A stretch of 64,000 bases of DNA from Candidatus Woesearchaeota archaeon. GTDB lineage: Archaea > Nanobdellota > Nanobdellia > Woesearchaeales > WAPY01. The notes under the pieces were generated by a model. The model was given only the letters and a program-made list of their open reading frames with translations. It was not told where the DNA came from and did not search any database. Positions within the stretch are counted from its first letter, which is position 1. Each line of letters begins with the position of its first letter. Of this stretch, positions 41,120 through 51,093 are shown piece by piece. The DNA is taken from contig JBNAUL010000001.1 of the NCBI GenBank assembly GCA_049700835.1, positions 246,043 through 310,042 of the forward strand. The letters run 5' to 3'. Position numbers and translations under genes: made by a program.

Positions 41120-41833
41120 ATGAAAAGCAAAAAAACAAAAATTGTTATAAAACTAGAGAATGTATGGAAGATTTATGATTTTGGAAATTCAAAGGTTGAG
41201 GTGCTAAAAGGGCTGAATCTTGAAGTCTACAGTGGAGAATTTTTGGTCATAATGGGCCCAAGCGGAGCTGGAAAATCAACAACTATGAACATGATTGGCT
41301 GTTTGGACATACCAACCCATGGTAAAATATACCTTGATGGGGTTGACATTTCAAAACTCTCTGACTCGCAGTTGGCGAGATTAAGGGGAAAAAAGATAGG
41401 TTTTGTTTTCCAGCAGTTCAATCTAATACAATCTCTTAACGCTCTTGAAAATGTAATGCTTCCAATGATGTTTCAGAATGTTGCAAAAGATGAACGAATA
41501 AAAAAAGCCAAAGAGCTCTTGGAAAGCGTAGGGCTTGGAAGGAGATTATACCACAAGCCAAGACAGTTATCAGGAGGAGAGCAACAGAGAGTAGCGATAG
41601 CAAGAGCGCTGTCAAACAATCCTGAATTCATATTAGCTGATGAGCCTACAGGAAATTTGGACACGAAGAGCGGTGCAGCAATAATAAAAATATTGGAGGA
41701 ATTGCACGAGCAGGGGAAGACAATAGTTTTAGTAACTCACGATTCAAGATTAACTCAGCACGCTAATAGAACAGTATACCTTATTGATGGAAAATTTGTT
41801 GACAGAGAAACATTCAGCAAGTACAAGTTTTGA
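41120..41833 (+). CDS. ABC transporter ATP-binding protein (LolD/MacB type)
   Basis: GPSGAGKST, GFVFQQFNL, LSGGEQQR, ADEPTGNLD, VTHD. Confidence 0.95.
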   Translation: MKSKKTKIVIKLENVWKIYDFGNSKVEVLKGLNLEVYSGEFLVIMGPSGAGKSTTMNMIGCLDIPTHGKIYLDGVDISKLSDSQLARLRGKKIGFVFQQFNLIQSLNALENVMLPMMFQNVAKDERIKKAKELLESVGLGRRLYHKPRQLSGGEQQRVAIARALSNNPEFILADEPTGNLDTKSGAAIIKILEELHEQGKTIVLVTHDSRLTQHANRTVYLIDGKFVDRETFSKYKF

Positions 41834-41875
41834 AATATTGTTAAGCCAAAAGAAAAAAACAAAAGCAAAGCAAAA

Positions 41876-43276
41876 ATGGTAAATCAAAAACGCATGCTAA
41901 AAATAATTAAAGATAAGGAATCAAAGACGAGGTGGTTTTTTATGAAGAATCAAATTGAAAAGAATTTTGAAAAGAATTTTTTGGGCAATAAAATTGTAAG
42001 AAATTTGTTTGCAGCAACAATCATTGTGCTTTTGTTCAGCAGTTATGCTTTTTCTGTTGACACGATAAGCACGGGCTCTTCTCTAAGGGCAACGCTGCTA
42101 AACCAAGAGCCATACCCTGCAACTCCTGGAAGCTATGTTACTTTGAGATTTAAACTTGAAAACATAGGAATAAAAAACATAAAAAACCTGCATGTGAGAA
42201 TTGTTCCAAGATACCCATTTTCATTAGCTGATGACGAATTAAAATACATAGGAAACATTGGAGGAATGCAGATGAACGATTATGGAACAACCATACAGTA
42301 TAGATTGAAGGTTGACAAAGATGCTTATCCTGGATACTTCGATGTTGATTTGGAATACACAATAGACAATTACACTTGGATAAAAGTCAGCGGTTTCAGT
42401 ATAAAAGTGGAATCAACAGATGTTAGGGTTGGAATAACATCTGTAAGCACGCAACCTAAATTCATAAAACCAGGAGAAGAAGGCATTTTGAGCATAAACA
42501 TAACGAATTTTGGCGATACTTTGATAAAGGACATAACGCTAAAACTTGATTTGACTTTGTCTTCATTATCTCAAACCCAACTTTCGCTGCTAAGTTCAGC
42601 AGGATTTCAGGTTCCTTTCTCTCCAATAGACACTTCAACAGAACAGAAGATAAAGAATATAATGCCTTCAGAAACAAAGCAGTTTGTCTTCAAAATAATG
42701 ACAGCATCTTCTGCAACTTCAAATGTCTATAAAATTCCAGTAATAATAACCTACTACGATGTTGACAATCAAAAATATGAAAACCATGATTTGATAAGTT
42801 TGTTCGTTGGAGGTAAACCAGAACTTAGGGCAAGCATTGAAAAATCAGAGGTTCTGTTTCAAAATCAAAAAGGAAAGATTACACTAAAAGTGATAAATTC
42901 AGGGAAGATAGATGCCAAATTTACAGAGGTCTATTTAGAAGACGGAAAAAATTTTGTTGTTCTTTCAAATAAATACGATTACATTGGAGATATAGATTCT
43001 GATGATTACGAAACAGTTGAGTTTACAATATTCGTTGAAAATGCAAAGGACTATCTGGAATTGCCAGTAAAGATGAAATTTGAAGATTCTCTTGGGAACA
43101 AATACGAGCAAACAGAAACAGTTAACTTGAGATTGTACACTCCGCAAGAAGCAAGGAAATACAAGCTGGTAAAAACCAGCAGTGCATTTGGAATTTTAAT
43201 CTTTCTGGTCATAGTAGGAGTTGGTTATTTTATCTATAAAAAGAGAAAGCACAGGCAAAAAGCAAAGCAGGCATAA
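41876..43276 (+). CDS. COG1361 S-layer-like Ig-domain protein (start probably later)
   Basis: Q.PYPA.PG, P....PG, YIGDIDSDD motifs; C-terminal TM and basic tail. Confidence 0.8.
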   Translation: MVNQKRMLKIIKDKESKTRWFFMKNQIEKNFEKNFLGNKIVRNLFAATIIVLLFSSYAFSVDTISTGSSLRATLLNQEPYPATPGSYVTLRFKLENIGIKNIKNLHVRIVPRYPFSLADDELKYIGNIGGMQMNDYGTTIQYRLKVDKDAYPGYFDVDLEYTIDNYTWIKVSGFSIKVESTDVRVGITSVSTQPKFIKPGEEGILSINITNFGDTLIKDITLKLDLTLSSLSQTQLSLLSSAGFQVPFSPIDTSTEQKIKNIMPSETKQFVFKIMTASSATSNVYKIPVIITYYDVDNQKYENHDLISLFVGGKPELRASIEKSEVLFQNQKGKITLKVINSGKIDAKFTEVYLEDGKNFVVLSNKYDYIGDIDSDDYETVEFTIFVENAKDYLELPVKMKFEDSLGNKYEQTETVNLRLYTPQEARKYKLVKTSSAFGILIFLVIVGVGYFIYKKRKHRQKAKQA

Positions 43277-43345
43277 GCATTTGCATTAGCTTTGCTTTAA
43301 GCTTTAACTTTGCTTTAGTTTCAGATCTGATTTAGGAGCTGAAAA

Positions 43346-44557
43346 ATGTTATCGGACTATATTAATTTGGTTTTTTCGAACTTTATACACAGGAAAATGC
43401 GTTCTTGGTTGACAATTATAGGAATCTTTATAGGAATAACATCCATAGTTGCTTTGATAAGTTTAAGCCAAGGATTCAAGAATGCAATGAACGAGCAATT
43501 TGAAATGATAGGCTCTGACAAGATAATATTGACTGCGAAAGCAGGTTTCTTTGGAATTGGTTCTGGACTTGTCTTAACAGAGCGAGATTTGGAAGCAATA
43601 AGAGACACCCCAGGAGTAATAGAAGCAGCAGGTTTTTCATTTAAAATAGCGCCTGTTTTATTTGAAAGAGAAGTTAAGTATATTTACATTACAGGAGTGC
43701 CTACTGACAGCTCAAAGAAAATTCTTGACGAGATGCAAAACATAAAAATATCTTCTGGGAGAAACCTTATGGAAGGAGACCGCAAAAAAGCCCTTGTTGG
43801 TTATTATCTGTGCAACAAAAACCTGTTCAAAAAGAATGTTAAAGTTGGTGATAAGTTAGTAATCAACGGGGAAAGTTTTGAGGTAGTAGGGTGTTTGGAG
43901 ACATTTGGCAACAGACAAGATGACAACAACATAATGATTCCATTGAGCGATGCTAAGGTTGTTTTAAACGAGCCAGAAAAGTATTTTGAGATAGTTTTAA
44001 AGGTCTCAGATGCTTCTGAAATTGAAAAAATTTCTGAGAGCATCGAAAAAAGGTTGAGAAAGCTTCACAATGTAAAGAAAGGAGAAGAAGATTTCAGCAT
44101 ACAAACAAGCCAAGACATAATGAGGTCAATGAATACAGTGCTGTTGATAGTGCAAATAGTATTTTTAGGAGTTGCTTCTATTTCTCTCTTGGTTGGTGGG
44201 GTTGGGATTATGAATACTATGTATACTTCTGTTTTGGAGCGCACAAGAGATATTGGAGTTATGAAGGCAGTTGGAGCAAAGAACTCTGACATACTTCAAC
44301 TATTCCTAGTAGAATCAGGCCTATTGGGACTTACAGGAGGAATAATAGGAGTTTTGTTTGGAATTTTGATTGCAAAAGCAGTTGAGATTTTTTCAACAGT
44401 TTATTTTGGAACCATGTTATTAAAAGCAAACATAAGTTTCAGCTTAATCTTTGGTTCGATATTATTTTCCTTTTTGCTTGGAGTAATCTCAGGGGTTACT
44501 CCTGCGCTGCAAGCATCAAGACTAAAACCAACAGAAGCTTTGAGGTTTAATCTCTAA
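43346..44557 (+). CDS. ABC transporter permease (MacB/FtsX family)
   Basis: RSWLTIIGIFIG, VGGVGIMNTM..SVLERTRDIG.MKAVGA, PA..AS.L.P.EALR. Confidence 0.93.
   Translation: MLSDYINLVFSNFIHRKMRSWLTIIGIFIGITSIVALISLSQGFKNAMNEQFEMIGSDKIILTAKAGFFGIGSGLVLTERDLEAIRDTPGVIEAAGFSFKIAPVLFEREVKYIYITGVPTDSSKKILDEMQNIKISSGRNLMEGDRKKALVGYYLCNKNLFKKNVKVGDKLVINGESFEVVGCLETFGNRQDDNNIMIPLSDAKVVLNEPEKYFEIVLKVSDASEIEKISESIEKRLRKLHNVKKGEEDFSIQTSQDIMRSMNTVLLIVQIVFLGVASISLLVGGVGIMNTMYTSVLERTRDIGVMKAVGAKNSDILQLFLVESGLLGLTGGIIGVLFGILIAKAVEIFSTVYFGTMLLKANISFSLIFGSILFSFLLGVISGVTPALQASRLKPTEALRFNL
44166..44293 (+). repeat. 128-bp exact repeat, copy 1 (copy 2 at 45403-45530)
   Basis: Base-by-base identical between the two permease genes. 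Confidence 0.95.
44485..44530 (+). repeat. 46-bp exact repeat, copy 1 (copy 2 at 45722-45767)
   Basis: AATCTCAGGGGTTACTCCTGCGCTGCAAGCATCAAGACTAAAACCA in both permeases. Confidence 0.95.
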
Positions 44558-44558
44558 A

Positions 44559-45791
44559 ATGATAAACGATTATTTTTTGTTTGTTTTGAAGAATCTTGTA
44601 AGCAGGAAATTGAGGACAGTTTTAACTCTCATAGGAATAATGATTGGAATAACAGCCATTGTTTCATTAGTAACATTAAGCCAGGGAATGCAAAACGCCA
44701 TAGAAGAACAATTCAAGATAATAGGAGCGAACAGAGTAATAATATCTCCGGCATCTTCAACAGGAATTAGAGGAGGATTTGTATCAAGTTTATCAACGAT
44801 AAAACTCACGAAAAGAGATGTTGAAACGATAAGAAAGGTTCAAGGAGTTGAATACGCGTTTGGAAGGACGCTTAGGATTTACAATGCAATATTCAAAAAC
44901 GAACAAAAACAGAGCTACATTCTTGGGCTGCCTACAGACAAAGAAACGCTTTCTTACATAAAGAAGATTAGCAATTTTGAGGTTGAATACGGAAGGCAGA
45001 TTGAGCAGGGAGAAAGAAAGGTTGCTGTTCTTGGATACGATGTTGCGCACACTCTTTTCAAGAGAGAAATAAAAACAGGGGATGAAATAAAGATAGAAAA
45101 CAATTATTTCAAAGTTGTTGGAATACAAAAAAAACTTGGCTCTGAAGCGTTTGACAAAATCATAAGGATTCCAGAAGAAGATATAAGGGAGATAAGCAAT
45201 GATTTGGCAAAAGACGAAGTTTCAACAATAATCGCTTTTGTTTCTGAAAATTTTGAACCAGATGAAGTTGCTGAGAGCATAGAAAAGGCTTTGAGAAAAT
45301 CAAGAGATGTCAAGGAAGGCCAAGAGGATTTCACAGTTCAGACAGCAAAGCAAATAGTTGACACATTCAAAAATGTTCTTTTAATTATACAAATTTTATT
45401 GATAGGAGTTGCTTCTATTTCTCTCTTGGTTGGTGGGGTTGGGATTATGAATACTATGTATACTTCTGTTTTGGAGCGCACAAGAGATATTGGAGTTATG
45501 AAGGCAGTTGGAGCAAAGAACTCTGACATATTCATTATATTTCTCCTTGAATCAGGCTTGTTAGGGCTTACCGGAGGAGCAATAGGAGTAATCTTTGGCT
45601 TGCTTATAGGAAAATCAGCAGAGATAGCTGCGCAGCAGCTTCTAAATTCAAGAATTTTGGTTATAAGTTGCCCTTATTATTTTATCATCGCAACTCTCAT
45701 CTTTTCCTTTCTGATAGGAGCAATCTCAGGGGTTACTCCTGCGCTGCAAGCATCAAGACTAAAACCAGCAGACACTCTAAGGTATGAATAA
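44559..45791 (+). CDS. ABC transporter permease (MacB/FtsX family), paralog
   Basis: Same motifs as the upstream permease. Confidence 0.93.
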   Translation: MINDYFLFVLKNLVSRKLRTVLTLIGIMIGITAIVSLVTLSQGMQNAIEEQFKIIGANRVIISPASSTGIRGGFVSSLSTIKLTKRDVETIRKVQGVEYAFGRTLRIYNAIFKNEQKQSYILGLPTDKETLSYIKKISNFEVEYGRQIEQGERKVAVLGYDVAHTLFKREIKTGDEIKIENNYFKVVGIQKKLGSEAFDKIIRIPEEDIREISNDLAKDEVSTIIAFVSENFEPDEVAESIEKALRKSRDVKEGQEDFTVQTAKQIVDTFKNVLLIIQILLIGVASISLLVGGVGIMNTMYTSVLERTRDIGVMKAVGAKNSDIFIIFLLESGLLGLTGGAIGVIFGLLIGKSAEIAAQQLLNSRILVISCPYYFIIATLIFSFLIGAISGVTPALQASRLKPADTLRYE

Positions 45792-45834
45792 AAAAGAGTA
45801 ATCTTTAAAAACAATTGTTAAATTTTTATCTGAA

Positions 45835-46872
45835 ATGAACAAGAAACTATCTTTGCTGATTTCGCTCTTGCTCGGTTTGAGTTTAATAGTCGTAATAGCA
45901 TACTATATTGGTTTTGAAGCGATAAGATCAGTATTTACTTTTTTTTCTTTCAGATACTTAATACTTTTTTTGATAGTATCCTTTCTGATATTTTTCTTGA
46001 GAACGCTGAAATGGTATTTTATAGCAGAGAGCCATGACATAAGGGTTCCTTTTTACAAGCTCTTTATTTACAGAATAGCTGATTTCTCAATAAGTTTCTT
46101 AACTCCAAGCGCGCATGTAGGAGGAGAGCCTATAAGGGCTTATCTTTTATCACAACACAACATCAAATTCAAGAAGGCGTTTTCTTCAGTAATCATTGAC
46201 AAATCCATAGAACTGACTCTAAACGGATTATTTACATGCATATTCTTGATTTTGGTGTTAATAAATTTCAAACTTCCTGAAAGCATAAAACTATTTTCAA
46301 TTTTTTTATCCATTTTGATTATAATGCTGATATTTTTGTTCTATTACAAAACGCTTTCAAGAGAGGGGTTCTTTTCATTCTTTTACAGAATTCTTAAACT
46401 TGACAAATTAAAATTTAGCGCGAAGTACACAGACTATGTAAGGAGTTTAGACAATGAAGTTTCGATTCTTTTCTACAAGAGCAGATATTACTTTGGGGTT
46501 GCATTCTTGCTGCACATGAGCGCGTGGATTTTGTCTGTATTTGAATACCAGATAATTCTTAAAATGCTTGGATTGAAAGTAGATATTCTTTCGGCATTTG
46601 CAGCATATGCAGCAACAGGAGTTTCTTACATAATTCCAATACCAGCTGCTCTCGGGGTTTTGGAATTCTCGCAATCAATAATGAGCTCAATATCAGGTTT
46701 TGGCTCGCAAGTTGGTTTTGTTCTAAGTTTCATCATAAGAGGAAGAGATGGGCTTATAACCTTGTTTGGCATCATTTACCTCTATTTCAGAAAAATAAAT
46801 TTTATAACACAACTCATCTCCAACAATGGAAAGGCAAAAGAGCCAAAAATCAGAATTAAGAATAGTAATTAA
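45835..46872 (+). CDS. Lysylphosphatidylglycerol synthase TM / UPF0104 flippase-like membrane protein
   Basis: R..KW, TPSAHVGGEP.R, P.PAALGV.E; multiple TM helices. Confidence 0.85.
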   Translation: MNKKLSLLISLLLGLSLIVVIAYYIGFEAIRSVFTFFSFRYLILFLIVSFLIFFLRTLKWYFIAESHDIRVPFYKLFIYRIADFSISFLTPSAHVGGEPIRAYLLSQHNIKFKKAFSSVIIDKSIELTLNGLFTCIFLILVLINFKLPESIKLFSIFLSILIIMLIFLFYYKTLSREGFFSFFYRILKLDKLKFSAKYTDYVRSLDNEVSILFYKSRYYFGVAFLLHMSAWILSVFEYQIILKMLGLKVDILSAFAAYAATGVSYIIPIPAALGVLEFSQSIMSSISGFGSQVGFVLSFIIRGRDGLITLFGIIYLYFRKINFITQLISNNGKAKEPKIRIKNSN

Positions 46873-46899
46873 GAATAATAAATAAGAACTTGATAAAAA

Positions 46900-47871
46900 A
46901 TGAATGAAAATAAGAATCCAAGTTTTGGAATAGCATTGAGCGGAGGAGGGGCGAGGTGCGCTGCCCACATAGGATTTTTAAAAGTTGTTGATGGAAAAAT
47001 AGATGTAAAACAATTGGCAGGAGCCAGCGGCGGGGCTATTGTTTCAATTCTCTACTCTGCTGGAAAACTTGATGAGCTGGAAAATTTTTTATTTAAGATA
47101 AAGAGCAGCGAGATAACTGCATTTTTCAAACCTTCAAATCTAAAAGATGGGCTTTTTGACTCTTCAAAAATAGAGGATTTTATCAGAAGTTTCATAGGAG
47201 ATTTGAAACTCGAAGATTTGAAAATTCCAGTAATAATAGCAGCCTCTGATATGACGCATAACAGGCCTGTTTATTTCAAAAAGGGCGATGCTGCAAAAGC
47301 AGTTGCTGCAAGTTGTGCAATTCCAGGATTGTTTTCTCCTGTTAAAATAGGGAACAGTTATTTTGTTGATGGGGGTTTGTTCAACAACACACCTTCAGAT
47401 GTCTTAGACAGAAATTTGGATTTCAGGGTTTTGGTGGATGCTGGAATAAAGGGCGGGATTGCAGATTTTCTGAAAATTTTTACTCATAACTACAGAAAAA
47501 TAAGAAGGATTGTTGGAGAATACAGAAACAGGTTAAGTTCAGATGAAAGAATTAAGAGAATCCAAAGAAGCATGGTTGCGAAAAGATTAGTTAGGGAGCT
47601 TGGAGCAATTGCTCTTAAAAGCCAACTTGATGAAACCTCACGCAACAAAGAAAGATATACCCTTGCAAGAATAATAATTTCTTCCTTGGACAATTTTGAT
47701 ATCTGCGATTTAGAACAAATCAAAAAGAAGTGCGATTTCTACATAAGACCAAACATAAAAATTGCTAACTTGTCATTTCACAAATCAAAACTGGCAATTG
47801 TTCCTGGAGAAAAAGCAGGCAGAGATTTCTTGAGGCAATTAAAACAAAAAAATATAATAAATTTCAGTTAG
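46900..47871 (+). CDS. Patatin-like phospholipase
   Basis: LSGGGAR..AHIG, GASGG, ASCAIPG.F, VDGG. Confidence 0.92.
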   Translation: MNENKNPSFGIALSGGGARCAAHIGFLKVVDGKIDVKQLAGASGGAIVSILYSAGKLDELENFLFKIKSSEITAFFKPSNLKDGLFDSSKIEDFIRSFIGDLKLEDLKIPVIIAASDMTHNRPVYFKKGDAAKAVAASCAIPGLFSPVKIGNSYFVDGGLFNNTPSDVLDRNLDFRVLVDAGIKGGIADFLKIFTHNYRKIRRIVGEYRNRLSSDERIKRIQRSMVAKRLVRELGAIALKSQLDETSRNKERYTLARIIISSLDNFDICDLEQIKKKCDFYIRPNIKIANLSFHKSKLAIVPGEKAGRDFLRQLKQKNIINFS

Positions 47872-47924
47872 AAAACAACAAAAACTAAAAAAGATTTAAA
47901 TACAAGTTTAGATTAAATTGCTTC

Positions 47925-48281
47925 ATGTTGAGAAAGATTAGATACAGGAAGAACTTGACAAGGTTTTTGAGATTCTTAGAGGAAAACTTTCCAAATCCTG
48001 TTCATGAGGAGGAGATATGCTCAAAACTTCATTTCAACGATGAGGACTATCACTATGTATCAAGCTATTCCTTGAGAAGGGGCTTTGTTGAGAAGAAACA
48101 CAACGGATTTGTTCTGAAGGGAGAAGGGCTTATATTTTTAGAACAAAATCTCCTTAAGAACAAGATACTGCATTTCTTCAACACTTACAGCGTTGTAATA
48201 AATATGATTTTAACAATATTGAATATAATTCTGTTTTGGGTATTTCTAAAGATTCTAGGATTGAAAATAAGCTTAAGATAA
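47925..48281 (+). CDS. Hypothetical protein (wHTH-like plus C-terminal TM)
   Basis: 118-aa ORF after a TATA-like element; hydrophobic C-terminus. Confidence 0.6.
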   Translation: MLRKIRYRKNLTRFLRFLEENFPNPVHEEEICSKLHFNDEDYHYVSSYSLRRGFVEKKHNGFVLKGEGLIFLEQNLLKNKILHFFNTYSVVINMILTILNIILFWVFLKILGLKISLR

Positions 48282-48309
48282 GCACGAGTTGGTTTTAGAA
48301 CTTGTTTGT

Positions 48310-48765
48310 TCACTCTTCTTTTCTTTTTATTAGAGTTGATTTTTCTTCTGGAAGCTTTGATTTGACGAGTTCTAAAACTTTTTTACAGATAGACTTTTTA
48401 ACAGGAACAACTATTGGAAATGCGTAGTCAAACAAGAAACCCTTGAGCAGGATAATGCATTTTTCCTTTTCATGAATTACTTCAAAGCATTTAAAGTAAC
48501 TCCATTTGTAACTGAAGAATCCTGCTCTTATCATGCTTTCATTCAAATAAAAATGGAGTTTCCAATTGATTGGATGCCTGAAGTAGGTGTCGTAGAACAT
48601 TACAATCAGAAAGATGTTTATTAATAAGAAAAGATAAAAACCAATTACTTCTAAAAATAAGAAAATGAAATTTAAAAATATTATCAAGAGGAGAATGAAC
48701 AGGAAAGCGTCCCTTCTGTATCTCAATACATCGTTGCTGTTTGAATAAAAACTTATGCTTTTCAT
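48310..48765 (-). CDS. Hypothetical membrane protein (2 TM)
   Basis: 151-aa ORF directly downstream of tRNA-Thr. Confidence 0.6.
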   Translation of the reverse strand: MKSISFYSNSNDVLRYRRDAFLFILLLIIFLNFIFLFLEVIGFYLFLLINIFLIVMFYDTYFRHPINWKLHFYLNESMIRAGFFSYKWSYFKCFEVIHEKEKCIILLKGFLFDYAFPIVVPVKKSICKKVLELVKSKLPEEKSTLIKRKEE

Positions 48766-48791
48766 TTTTTGTTTCTCTCTTTTGCTTATTA

Positions 48792-48864
48792 AGCCCCTAC
48801 TGGGATTTGAACCCAGGATCTGCTGCTTACGAGGCAGCTGCTCTGACCACTAAGCTATAGGGGC
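48792..48864 (-). tRNA. tRNA-Thr (CGT)
   Basis: GCCCCTA acceptor stem, GCTGC-CTCGTAA-GCAGC anticodon arm, TTCAAAT T-loop; no encoded CCA. Confidence 0.95.
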
Positions 48865-48931
48865 TTTTGGTTATTTAAATCTTCTTTTATTCTCTAATCT
48901 TCCTTTTTATTTTTTACGGTCCGACTGCTTC

Positions 48932-49507
48932 TTACGGTCCTACTGCTGTGTTCAACGGAGTTGCTGATGCTGCGATGCAGTTCTCAACAATTATCTTATC
49001 GCTCTCTGTTTTTGAAGGAAGCGAAAATGAAGAGCACGAAAATTCGTATTCATATGAACCTTGGCAGGCAGAATTTTTTATTTCAAGCAACTTTTTATTC
49101 TTATTGCTTGCATTGTATATTCTAACAATCGCGCAATCATAAAAAAATTCCAAAAAACTGCTCGTTTCTTTCATCAAGGAATCTTTGTAATTCTTGTCCT
49201 TTGCATACAGAACTATCAAATCTCCAATGTTCTGCTGCTGGTTGTTTATCAAGACAGGTTTTCTCAAATAACTGAGCAGAGCATTGTTGGATTTCACTCC
49301 AGAAGTCATGTTTGAGATTATCTGATTTTCATTGTTGCCACAACCCTCTAATTTGAATATTAAAAAGAATACAATGGCTGTTAAAAAGGTAAAAATTATT
49401 GCAATGATGTCAACTAACCCTTCCATAACTAACTGCGATTTTTTGTTGCAATTTTTTGTTCTTCTCTTGAATTTCATTTTAGGTTTTATCCTTCTTTTTG
49501 CATTCAA
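48932..49507 (-). CDS. Pilin-like protein (class III signal peptide-like)
   Basis: Basic leader NKKSQ then hydrophobic helix; Cys-containing C-terminus. Confidence 0.7.
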   Translation of the reverse strand: MNAKRRIKPKMKFKRRTKNCNKKSQLVMEGLVDIIAIIFTFLTAIVFFLIFKLEGCGNNENQIISNMTSGVKSNNALLSYLRKPVLINNQQQNIGDLIVLYAKDKNYKDSLMKETSSFLEFFYDCAIVRIYNASNKNKKLLEIKNSACQGSYEYEFSCSSFSLPSKTESDKIIVENCIAASATPLNTAVGP

Positions 49508-50067
49508 ACCTGCTCCATTAAAATTTCAACTTCCAATACAGCATTGTAGAACTTGTCTTTGTCCTTTACAATTATAACTTCCCTCATAATGTTCCTCTTT
49601 GTTGAACCTTTTCCTGAAAAATAACTTCTGGTTAGCATATCCTGATACCTTTCATCATTAAATATTATTTCTTTCAGAACATTGCCGTCCTTTGTTTTTA
49701 TTGATAACTTCATAGACATATACTTGTTGTATTCAAAATAGAATATCTTGTTAAGATTTTCAATATTGAAATTTTCAAGTTCAATGATTCCAGGATGATA
49801 TGTTGAGCCGTCATAAAAACTTATTTCTTTGCTGTAAATCAGTTTTTGGGTTTCAACAAAGGATTTTAACTTGCTTATGTCTTTTTGGCTTGACAGGAAG
49901 TTATAAACAAAAATCCATGCAGTTAAGAGCACAAGCGTCAACAAAACCATCTTTGGAATAAAGTTTATTGCTGCCAAAACAGTGCTTCCTGATTTTCCAA
50001 GACAGAACTTCTTGTTTTTAAATATCATTTTAACCAACAATGCCAATCGCATTGCCTTTTTTCGCAA
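49504..50067 (-). CDS. Pilin-like protein
   Basis: Basic leader GKSG then hydrophobic helix; overlaps neighbours. Confidence 0.65.
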   Translation of the reverse strand: MRKKAMRLALLVKMIFKNKKFCLGKSGSTVLAAINFIPKMVLLTLVLLTAWIFVYNFLSSQKDISKLKSFVETQKLIYSKEISFYDGSTYHPGIIELENFNIENLNKIFYFEYNKYMSMKLSIKTKDGNVLKEIIFNDERYQDMLTRSYFSGKGSTKRNIMREVIIVKDKDKFYNAVLEVEILMEQV

Positions 50068-50449
50068 TGCTCAAACTTTCATTCAAATCCTCAAAAATTA
50101 TTCTTTGATTTGAGTTTTTTGAAAACCAATAACTGACAGGAGTTTCCTTTTCAAAAAAACTTACAAGAACAGAATTGTTTACAATATTTATCCTTGCGCC
50201 TATTTTTGAAGTGTTTATCGGATAATTGCACTCGAGGTCTCCTTTAGCAGACTGCGCTGCCTCAATCAACAACGAGATATCCCTTGAAAGAAACAACTCC
50301 TCATAAGCCTTGTTCTTTGCAAACCTTGAAACATAGATTATCAGAGCAATTAGAATTATTGCTACAATTAACAAATTTCCAAGTTCTATCAAACTCCAAT
50401 CAGTAGAACCTTTCTTTGTTTTTTTAAATTTCATTTTGATAAATTTCAA
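50030..50449 (-). CDS. Pilin-like protein
   Basis: KTKKG|STDWSLIELGNLLIVAIIL. Confidence 0.7.
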   Translation of the reverse strand: MKFIKMKFKKTKKGSTDWSLIELGNLLIVAIILIALIIYVSRFAKNKAYEELFLSRDISLLIEAAQSAKGDLECNYPINTSKIGARINIVNNSVLVSFFEKETPVSYWFSKNSNQRIIFEDLNESLSIAKKGNAIGIVG

Positions 50450-50451
50450 TT

Positions 50452-51084
50452 TTAAGGTTTGTATTCTGAAATAACAACATCATTTCCAACCCTTTTTAAT
50501 GAAAGCACTATTTTGCTGTCATCATCTTTGCTAAAGTAAGCAAGTGGGTTATTTAACATAAACAAATAATAACCTTTACTGATGTCGTTGTTGTCTATTT
50601 GCGCACCAAAATTATATTTTAGTTTTTCAACAACTCTTATGTTTTCAATACTATCACTTAGAATCTTGCAATCCTGAAATGATCTGCAATCATCTTTTTT
50701 CTTACAAACGCATATGCAAGCATTATCTCCGCAAATCTTCGGCTTGTCAATCAATTTGTTTCCGCTCTCAAAAGTGGACAATTTTCCTCTCACAGCATAA
50801 TCCTTAAAACCATTTTTTCCAAAACCAACAACTATGAAATTATCTATCAAAGCAAAGAATTCTGTTGCATTGTTTCCATCTTTTAAGAGATTGTTATTTA
50901 TAGTGTTGAAAAGTCTATTAAAGGATTGGCTTACCATAAACCTTGCTTTATTATTAGATAGGTATGGATAAATTAACAAAGAAATAATGCTAACAATAGT
51001 TATCACTACAATTACTCCAATCATTGCTCCTCCTAAATTTTTTAAACTCTCTTCGGTTCCACCACTTCCTTCTCCATTGCTCAT
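50452..51084 (-). CDS. Pilin-like/membrane-anchored Cys-rich protein
   Basis: N-terminal TM; C.DNACICVC....C....C motif; GAGGA RBS. Confidence 0.7.
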   Translation of the reverse strand: MSNGEGSGGTEESLKNLGGAMIGVIVVITIVSIISLLIYPYLSNNKARFMVSQSFNRLFNTINNNLLKDGNNATEFFALIDNFIVVGFGKNGFKDYAVRGKLSTFESGNKLIDKPKICGDNACICVCKKKDDCRSFQDCKILSDSIENIRVVEKLKYNFGAQIDNNDISKGYYLFMLNNPLAYFSKDDDSKIVLSLKRVGNDVVISEYKP

Positions 51085-51093
51085 AAAATCCTC

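Noticed and set aside
48914..48947. 16-bp imperfect tandem repeat duplicating the last codons (AVGP-stop) of a pilin-like gene
   Set aside because: Two copies only; most simply a local slippage duplication.
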